Positions 56,056 to 64,000 of a stretch of 64,000 nucleotides of DNA are shown here, in pieces. Within the stretch, counting starts at the first letter, position 1, and every line of letters starts with the position of its first letter. The translations under genes and the position numbers were made by a program. Source of the DNA: Albugo candida (Eukaryota); assembly GCA_040437565.1 (NCBI GenBank), contig JBDOQK010000027.1:124001-188000 (forward strand). Reading direction: 5' to 3'. The notes under the pieces were generated by a model. It saw only the letters and a program-made list of their open reading frames with translations. It did not search any database and was not told the DNA's origin.

Positions 56056-58546
56056 TCAGCGCGTACTGGACAGATTAGACGCACGCGGACTCCAAGGAGA
56101 TTGAGTGTGATAATTTCTTGTGTACTTCAACACCATCATTTGATTCATTTTCTGAAGGAGAGTGGGATAATGAACGTGGTCAGTCTCATGTAAGATTTTA
56201 GCGGGTCGAATACCCATGGCTTGGATCAATTGTTTTACTATAGTATCTCTCAACGCGTCAGGATCGATTACGCACATGACATTAACAACTGTTCCAAACG
56301 ATAAGTATCCAGTGCATTCAATATCTTCGACTTTGAGCGCATTCAAAAGAAGTGAATAATGCTCTCGAATTTCTTTGAAATGCTGCTCACGTAGAGTCCT
56401 GATAAGGGCACCGGAACGAAAAAGCATTAGCTCCGAATCGCATAAAGGGAGGACCTTGTTGATTTGAAACGGCATTTGCCCCGCATCGTGGCTCGCATCG
56501 TGCAAATTTATTATCAGAGCCTTCTCAATCTCTTTAAATTGAGTGCTTGTTTTCCTCGGAAAAAAATTCTTTAACGCCTTGATAGCATCCTGTAGCAATA
56601 CCACTGCTTCCATAGATGACGGTACCAGTGTTTGCGCCAAAGTATGACTCAACGTTAGCAGATATTGCCGACAAGTCCTGAGCATTTGTTCTTGTTCGGA
56701 GTAAATCTGATCACAGAGCGTCCCGGTCAAACAGAGAAGAAACATTTCGACCTCTGTGTCCCAAACATACTCGTTCAAAGCAAGCAGCAAACTATAGCCA
56801 AATTCCGCGATCTTAGGTTGATATCCAAGCTTTCTGTATAAACGCTCATATAGAGCCATATCAATTGACACGTGTAGACCGGCGTAGCGAGCATCTCGAT
56901 TGAGCTTTTCAGTACAGACTTTACGAATAAGATCATCGACGATAGCTTTCTCGAAATGATGTATTCGAACTTTTCCTTGATGTCGAAGATATTTCGGTAC
57001 TTCATTGTGAACTCCAAGACCGATCACATGATTTAACTTGATCTTGATCCTCTCACGACGTACACATTGCTCCAAATTAGGCAATATGGTTGTTACTTGA
57101 GACGATAATCCGCTCGGCAGCTCATTCATTTGCTTTGCTTGCTCAAGAAGCGTTTCCAAATCGAGAAGCGACCCGGAGAGTTCTCGGAATTTGTTATAAG
57201 TCATTTCGAGTTGTTCTTGGGTGATAACAAGCTTCGAACGTACTTTTTCGATTTCGTGTGCAATCTACATTGCATCTATCAGTGTTTATTGATATATGAA
57301 CGTGAATTTGAAGCCTTACCCAAACCATTTGGAGCTCGGGCGTCGATTGTTTTGTGTAATAATCGATCCAAATCAACAGCACTCGAACGCTCTCATCTGT
57401 ACCGAGCCAATACTTGACATTATCATGTGCTTGATTGATTGAAGTAAAGTCTTTGCTAATCATTTCTGCAGAATTCTCAACGGCAAAAATCAACTGATTC
57501 GGATCAACTGTTTCATGCCTTGTCGTGTGTTTTAATTCAGGTGCGTCGCACACAATACGTTTCCATTCTGGTCGAGGTGTTAAGCATCCTTTTTGGATCT
57601 GATCGCATTCTACCAGCTTTTCTAATTTCTGCTGTAGACCTGACAACACTTCGTGTGCGCTGCATTTTTTGCACAACGCAATTGTGATTTGTTGCTCCAA
57701 TTTCTGTATTTTTGACTCAGTCAGCTGTTTATCCCCCTGGAGCTTTTCATGTCTGCACAGCACAGCTTGGTGCATCTCCCGGAGTTGCTGTGTGAAAGTC
57801 TCTTCTTGTTCGTCTCTAAATGTATCTTGCAAGACCTTTTTTGCTTCCGCCTCAATCTTCGCTATGTCATTTCCACGTTCCTGATAAGACTTCAGTTTCG
57901 CTGCCAAAAATTCGCAGTGCTCCCTTTTTCTTTCTTCCTGTGAGATAAGGAAAGCATACTTTTTCTCACTTTTTTCGACTGCAACTGCTTCTGCCTCTTT
58001 CTGAGAAGGCACATCTATTTGATCGGTTTCGAGGAGTTGTAGATTACTACGTAGCGTCACTAGCCGATTTTCAAACGATTTTCGAATTAGCATTTCTTCT
58101 CGGCATCTGGATTGTGCGAGCTTTTTTTTACGATCCATTTCTTTCACCAGTCGTTCTAAATGTTCCAAGTGAAAAAAATGTTCGCTACCAAGTAGCTCTT
58201 CCCAATTACATGCCTTCCAATTCTCCATTTGCGGATCTGAGATGTTATAGACAGCCTCCACAAGCACGGGAGCGATCTGATGCAACAGTACAGATTTGAC
58301 CGTGGTAGAGAGAAGGTGACTTGTTTGTAAACTATGGAATGTCTTAAACGTTTCGTAAGCTCTTTTCTGTCGTTCGTTTACAGATAGATTACCCGACTGA
58401 TATAGCCCACCCGTATCCAGCCCTTTTTCTGGTATACTTGGCACGCTGGAACGCCTTGTATCGTGAACTTGACGATGCAGATTTTGGGGACGTGGATGTA
58501 CCAAAGATTTATGTGGAGGTGTTATCCGAATCATTTGGGAGTGCAT
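56056..58546 (-). CDS. TSNAXIP1-like coiled-coil protein (probably ciliary/axonemal), multi-exon
   Basis: Long coiled coil, 'LTPRPEW', 'IGLGVHNEVPKYLRHQGKV', 'EFGYSLLLALNEY..DTEVEMFL..LTG', degenerate EF-hand 'DIECTGYL'. Confidence 0.6.
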
Positions 58547-59460
58547 ATAGGCATTGATGAGCACAATTAAGAATACCACCAACGATTTAAAACCAAATAT
58601 TCTATATTTGGCAGTGTGCGAATCAACGGAAGATTTGACAGCGATGGCCAAGTAGTAATGCACATTGAAATTGTCATTATATTCATGGAAATCCTACCCA
58701 TCATATGACAAGAAAGTATACATATGAATCCTTCACATTATCACGACACTGGGCTTTGGTTCTGAACAGTAATGATAGATCACTCAAGTGCTCTCATAAC
58801 AGTGCTCTTCGAGTGTGTATAATTTATTTGATACTAGTTGCGGTGTTTAGCCTATTGTTGTGGATCAAAGAACTAGCTTGTATGATTACGAATTTCGCAC
58901 GATAATGTTGGCTAGATGCAATCGATATTGGTATTTATGAAGCACAAGTAAACTCGCATGGACTGAATTAGATCGTAGCTTATTCTTACTGTCATCTGTA
59001 GCCACAACATGATTCAATGCGGAGCTACGGATTCTGACACATCCGACTTCTAAGCAAATGTGCGTCGAGTCTACAATTCGTGTTGCCAACAAACAACTGT
59101 TGTAATTTTACATTATCTTTATCGCAATACGAGCAGAAAGAAATAATCAAAGGAATCATCAAAGCATCAATACTCTATAGATTTGATATGTAAATCTTCC
59201 CGTTGCAGTATTAGTCTTTTGCCTCCACTTTATTCAGCATACTCCAGACTGTTTCATTGACCTGTTTGGCTTTTGCAACGTTGTCTGGTCACATCTGACT
59301 TAGTTCTAGATATCCAACGCCGCTTTGCGTGAGTCTTTTACAAACAGACACATAGATCTTCTTGGGGAATCTTTGACTTGATATAAAAATGTCACGAACA
59401 ACAACCACATCACTACAATTGGACCAGCTCAGATCCAGAAAGCACCGATTGAAGAATAAA

Positions 59461-62400
59461 ATGCTATCGAGTATTCTGCTATCGGTACTAGCTTCCACAC
59501 AATTTCTCAGAAATAGCCTTGTACAGGGAGCATTTTTTGGTAAGATACCACATATGGCTGTCTGCTTCCTAGTGATACAACATGTCGCTTGTTGAAATAG
59601 TTTGTCCTCAACAATGCCAGGCGAAGATTCTTCCGATGGACATGGGGACGATTGAAGATTGCCAGTGCTATGGTCATGACAATAAGACAGCCATTTTGCA
59701 TTACAACAGCCACCGATCAGAAGCAGTTGACGTACAAGAGCGTTTGAATTATCGCTGTCCTGAGAATGCTTCGACTAGTCGTCTTCACCCTTTGAGCTTT
59801 GCCGATTGCATCTGTCATGATGGATATACACGAGACAACATGAGCAAACGTTGCCTGTCTAACGCATTTAGCTGTAGTGGACGATATAAAAACAAAGCAC
59901 ATATAAAGAAGGCTAGATCCATCGCTGATTGTGACTGTCAGACGCCTTACAATATAGATGACAGGTCTGGAGAATGCCAACTACTCGAATGCCCTCGAGC
60001 AGGTCATTATATGAGAAAAAATGACACAGCATCCGTTCAATCATTAGCCGATTGCACCTGTATTGATCCATATGTTAAAGTCGAAGACTCGGGCGAGTGC
60101 ATACGTCAGAATAGCTTTGAATGCCCAAAGTTCTCAGTACCTGTTCGTTTAAGCCAACCACACTCTTTCAAAGATTGTCGCTGTACTCATGGATTCATCC
60201 GTGATAGCTCGAGAGGAATGTGTAAACACGAGCGCCATACTTACATCTGCCCTCCTTTATCTTCCCCCAAGCATCATCTACCGATCGGTCAGCAGCCACG
60301 AGGTTTCCATGACTGTGTCTGTCACGATGAGGCAAACATCAGACGGAATGAGAAGTATGGCTTTTGCGAGAGATTCGAAAATGGGACAAATTACGTCCAC
60401 GGAGGACATGATATCAGCTTCCAGTGCCCACCTTTCTCAAGAACACTTTCACCGTCGCCAGTCTCCGTAGAGCAATGTGAGTGTTTTCCCGGATACGTAT
60501 GGAAGTTCCCTGAGATGGTTTGCGATCGATCAAGCAAATATCACTGTCCCGCTCACTCCTACTTTTCGAATAACGACAAAATCGCAGAAGAAACTATCGG
60601 TGACTGTCATTGTGCGCATGGATACTACCGAGACGAGCACGTGCAAGAATGTAAATCCTGGTATCTCGCTGCGAATGGAGGCTGCCCCGCCAACTCGTTT
60701 TTGAGAAATTGGCCGCTACATGGTAACGACAACTGCGAATGCGTTTATGGGAAGAATACCAGTGCTAGTGTTCCAGCGCCGACGACCAATGAGACAGGTA
60801 AAGGACACAGCTCTGTCGTATGCAATGATCCAGTATCGAGAAGTAGCGTACGATCATCCACGTCCGAGGAAAAACAAGATTATCTTCAATGCCCTCCTCA
60901 CTCGCTTGCAAACAATTGGCCAGTGACAAAATTAAAAGATTGTTCTTGTCTTCCAGGATATACGATGCATCACATACTAGGAGCAGAGTGCGAAGCAAAT
61001 CTGCATCAATCCCATGCGAATGAGACAAAGACTTGTGATTCGCCACTCGTTTTGCAAGAGCGCACAGGACACTGCCGTTTGCCTCTGGAAAAAATCAATC
61101 AGACGAATGTGACCGAAGGTTTTGTCGTACACCATGGTGTGGAGTATCAGTATGTTCTCAGTGATCATAATGTGATGGTAGTTCAAGGCGATATCGCGAT
61201 TGGGACATTATTCAAATGGAACGATATCAGCATTCCGTTATTCCATGGGTACTACGATGATGAACGCGACCATCGATGGCGTGAGGCTATAATATGCTTC
61301 GAGATAGCACAGACCGTTCAANNNNNNNNNNNNNNNNNNNNNNNNNNNNNNNNNNNNNNNNNNNNNNNNNNNNNNNNNNNNNNNNNNNNNNNNNNNNNNN
61401 NNNNNNNNNNNNNNNNNNNNNCGATATCGCGATTGGGACATTATTCAAATGGAACGATATCAGCATTCCGTTATTCCATGGGTACTACGATGATGAACGC
61501 GACCATCGATGGCGTGAGGCTATAATATGCTTCGAGATAGCACAGACCGTTCAAGAGCCAATGCTTCATTCAGCGATGAAGCATATACATGACTCGACTA
61601 AATTCGTATTTCACCATTGCCAAGATAATTCCTGTCACCGTGACCATACTTGCGGCCATGACTACATTCAAATTGTACCAGCAAAGTCATCGTGCTACTC
61701 GTATATCGGTCGAGTCGGTGGTCGCCAGCTTATGGGAATTTCGTCCGAATGTGGCACTGGGAATATCATGCACGTGCTTTTGCATGCGATTGGATTGCAT
61801 CACACAATCGATCGATTTGATCGTAATGACCACGTTCGTATCGCTTGGGAGTGCATTCCGGTGCAGCAGCGTAACTTTTTTCAGATAAAATCGAAAACAT
61901 CTCATCGATCATTCGGCAATGAATGGGAGCAAACTCCATACGACTTTAGCAGTATCATGCACCCTCCTTCGGACGCATTCGTTCCAAAGCCAAATCAGCG
62001 TGAGCAGAAGGATGCTGATGCAATTCCGACATGGTGTCAAAGTATCTACCCATTGATCGCCGATACAAGCAAGCGCGAACAGGTTATGGCTGCAATGGGG
62101 CAACGAGACCGGCTGTCTGAAGGAGATGTTCATGCAGTACGGAATTTGTATCCGGAACTGAGAGAACGCCCACACAGAGCCTCTCATGTTGCGCATAACG
62201 GAACAACTTTGGGTCGGTACTCGGTATACAGCCAATTAATTCCCAGCCGTTTGCATCGTCGTGATGATGTGATTACTCATGAGATTCGCAACCACGCTCA
62301 CAGAAACTATCTGTACGGCAATCCTGATCCAAAACTTCTATATCGACATCAGTTTGCGACGTCTTTCGGAATCATGCTGACAGCATTCGGTATCATCCTA

Positions 62401-62556
62401 TTTGGAAGCTACGCAATCGTCGAATGGAGAAGAAGAAGATACGATGGATGGAGAAAACATTTCGGAGATAACGACAGTAAAAATCTATTCGAAAATCGTG
62501 TTGCTATGTCACATTACGGAGAATCCTTACTATCAGATAGAGTAATCTTTGATTAA
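59461..62556 (+). CDS. Type I membrane protein: signal peptide, ~10 Cys-rich (ephrin-receptor-like) repeats, astacin-like domain lacking the catalytic Glu, TM; ~933 aa after removing the gap duplication
   Basis: Exon 1 59461-59539 (signal), intron 59540-59600. Repeats follow 'CP....S..DC.C..GY......C'. Astacin 'QGDI', 'CYSYIGRVGGRQ', 'HVLLHAIGLHH', 'DR.DHVRI', 'PYDFSSIMHP'; TM 'FGIMLTAFGIILFGSYAIVEW'. Confidence 0.85.
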
Positions 62557-62622
62557 GTAAGATAACTCGAGCTTTATATATCGACTCGATCCATCCAGTC
62601 GATGGGAGATATGATGCCAGAG

Positions 62623-63870
62623 CTAAACAATTTTGACTTCCTGATGATTAAAAGAGGTCGTGGAACTCTTGATATCGGTGCCTAACGTGTCGCGGGATTT
62701 CAAACCATTCTCTGATTTGATTCTCAATGTCGTAATTGTCGTTTGTTCGAATTTAGTGGCGATAGAATATGAATACACTCCGAACGTTACCAGTAGAATT
62801 CCTGCCCAGTTCAAAAATGTGACATCTTCGCCAAATCTATAAATTGATAAGGTGATGAGGAATGTGCGCTTTACGCAATTCGTCACGCTGTGTGTGACAG
62901 GAGATACCAAACTCATAAACGCATACGCGAACACGCTTTGTGAGTAAAACGCAAGACCAGCCAAAAACAGATGCAGGAAGTTATTTGATTTGTAAAATGC
63001 CAAGCTTTGCGACCTTGTAGAGGCTTCTTCGTTGTACAGCACACAGGATATCTGTAAGGCCGCTGCAATTACACTGGTATAGAGCTGAAGCTGAGAAGCG
63101 CTGCGCAAAGACCAGTGAGCTTTGAGTAAACTTTTCGGCCAAAAAAGGTTTTGCTTACGTGTAGGACCGATTCATTAGCTTCTTTGATAAAACATTTTGG
63201 ATACAATCTGCACAATTTGCAAGTAGCGCGGCCACAAAGCCAACCACATGAAACGATGCATCTGAGAGGCTGCACATTACAAGTCCTAAAACAATTGGGA
63301 ATAATGATGCGTTAACTCTCCAGCCTGTTCGCTGTCCGAGAAGCACATAGGTCAAGATCACGGTGAAAAATGGGCCCGATGATTTGATGGTTTCTATCAC
63401 ACAAAAGCAGAGTTCCGATAGTTGATAAGCAGTAAATCAATATACTCGTAACGTACGCGTAAAAGATACATTTATGTACTTCAAAGCAGTAAGTCCAAAC
63501 AAAATGGTTGCGACGCGAATAATGCCGAGAACTACGATGTCCTTGAGGCCGTCATTCCAAACACGACGGATACCGACTTTGCTTCCTGACCACCCCACTA
63601 GAGCTAATTCAGTGATCAGCCCTCCAAGAACGGACGTGCCTAACTGCGCCATAGACAGTTTATTTCGATCAATCTTTAAATCAGCCATAATATATCGATT
63701 CATCCACAAAGTGCTCAGACTTGACATGTACCATGCTACATTGTATCATTACGTATGCGCTGGCAAAGTACTGCATAAGTCACAATACCTGCTATACAAA
63801 GGATAACTTTTTGCCGATGAATCAAACGAAAAATGACGCGCAGAGTATCGTACGAATTCATGTGCTGCAT
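62623..63870 (-). CDS. Triose-phosphate/nucleotide-sugar transporter family protein (SLC35E2-like), multi-exon; 5' end uncertain
   Basis: 'TALKYINVSFT|ETIKSSGPFFTV', 'SLFPIVLGL', 'DCIQNVLSKKLM', 'LQLYTS', 'SPVTHSVTNCVKR', 'GILLVTFGVYSY'. Confidence 0.88.
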
Positions 63871-64000
63871 GCTTGTGATTGTAGAGTGCTAATATACGAA
63901 AGCTCAGCAAAAACTGAGGATGGGCAAATAACTAGTACATGTCGGTATAGGACGACATGCAGCTGCGCTATGTTCTGATACACTGATAATAAAGCCTCGG

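Larger units (their letters stand above)
12828..61421. other. Thirteen 100-N scaffold gaps starting at 12828, 15987, 19645, 22868, 25457, 26676, 33335, 33764, 43955, 46227, 47012, 51165 and 61322
   Basis: Each is exactly 100 N. Nine have the same sequence on both sides (20 to ~500 bp), consistent with unmerged contig overlaps. Confidence 0.95.

Noticed and set aside
61189-61554. Two separate overlapping ORFs (Cys-rich 647 aa and astacin 420 aa)
   Set aside because: Removing the duplicated flank and the gap gives one in-frame gene of 2802 coding nt.
1021-63978. The many 60-170 aa antisense or alternative-frame ORFs in the track, often with TTG/GTG starts
   Set aside because: They are shadows of real genes; non-ATG starts are not expected in this eukaryote.

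Overview
This window is eukaryotic, not prokaryotic. It is a compact, gene-dense scaffold with short (~50-70 bp) GT-AG introns. The gene content, Copia gag style and ciliary gene point to an oomycete, most likely Albugo-like (inference). It holds about 20 protein genes: the 3' end of DNA ligase IV, a trifunctional prephenate/arogenate dehydratase-dehydrogenase-aminotransferase, a PAS-domain MAP kinase with a TEH activation loop, an O6-alkylguanine alkyltransferase, an RsuA/RluF-type pseudouridine synthase, an RNF10-like RING protein, GH72 and GH5 beta-glucan enzymes, a PH-Clu-TPR protein, a bZIP factor, an Nnf1-like kinetochore protein, carnitine acetyltransferase with PTS1, MsrB, a two-domain CNBD K+ channel, nicastrin, a FAN/NSMAF-like BEACH-WD40 protein, a TSNAXIP1-like protein, a membrane-anchored astacin-like pseudo-protease and an SLC35E/TPT transporter. 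There is also one tRNA-Arg(ACG), a decayed Ty1/Copia element and a degenerate 141-bp tandem repeat. Thirteen 100-N scaffold gaps are present; nine are flanked by duplicated, often allelic, sequence. The best leads are the single-polypeptide arogenate-type Phe/Tyr pathway, the catalytically dead astacin receptor-like protein, the PAS-MAPK(TEH) and the tandem CNBD channel. No database search was run, so family calls rest on recognised motifs, novelty is unverified, and exon boundaries were read by eye.
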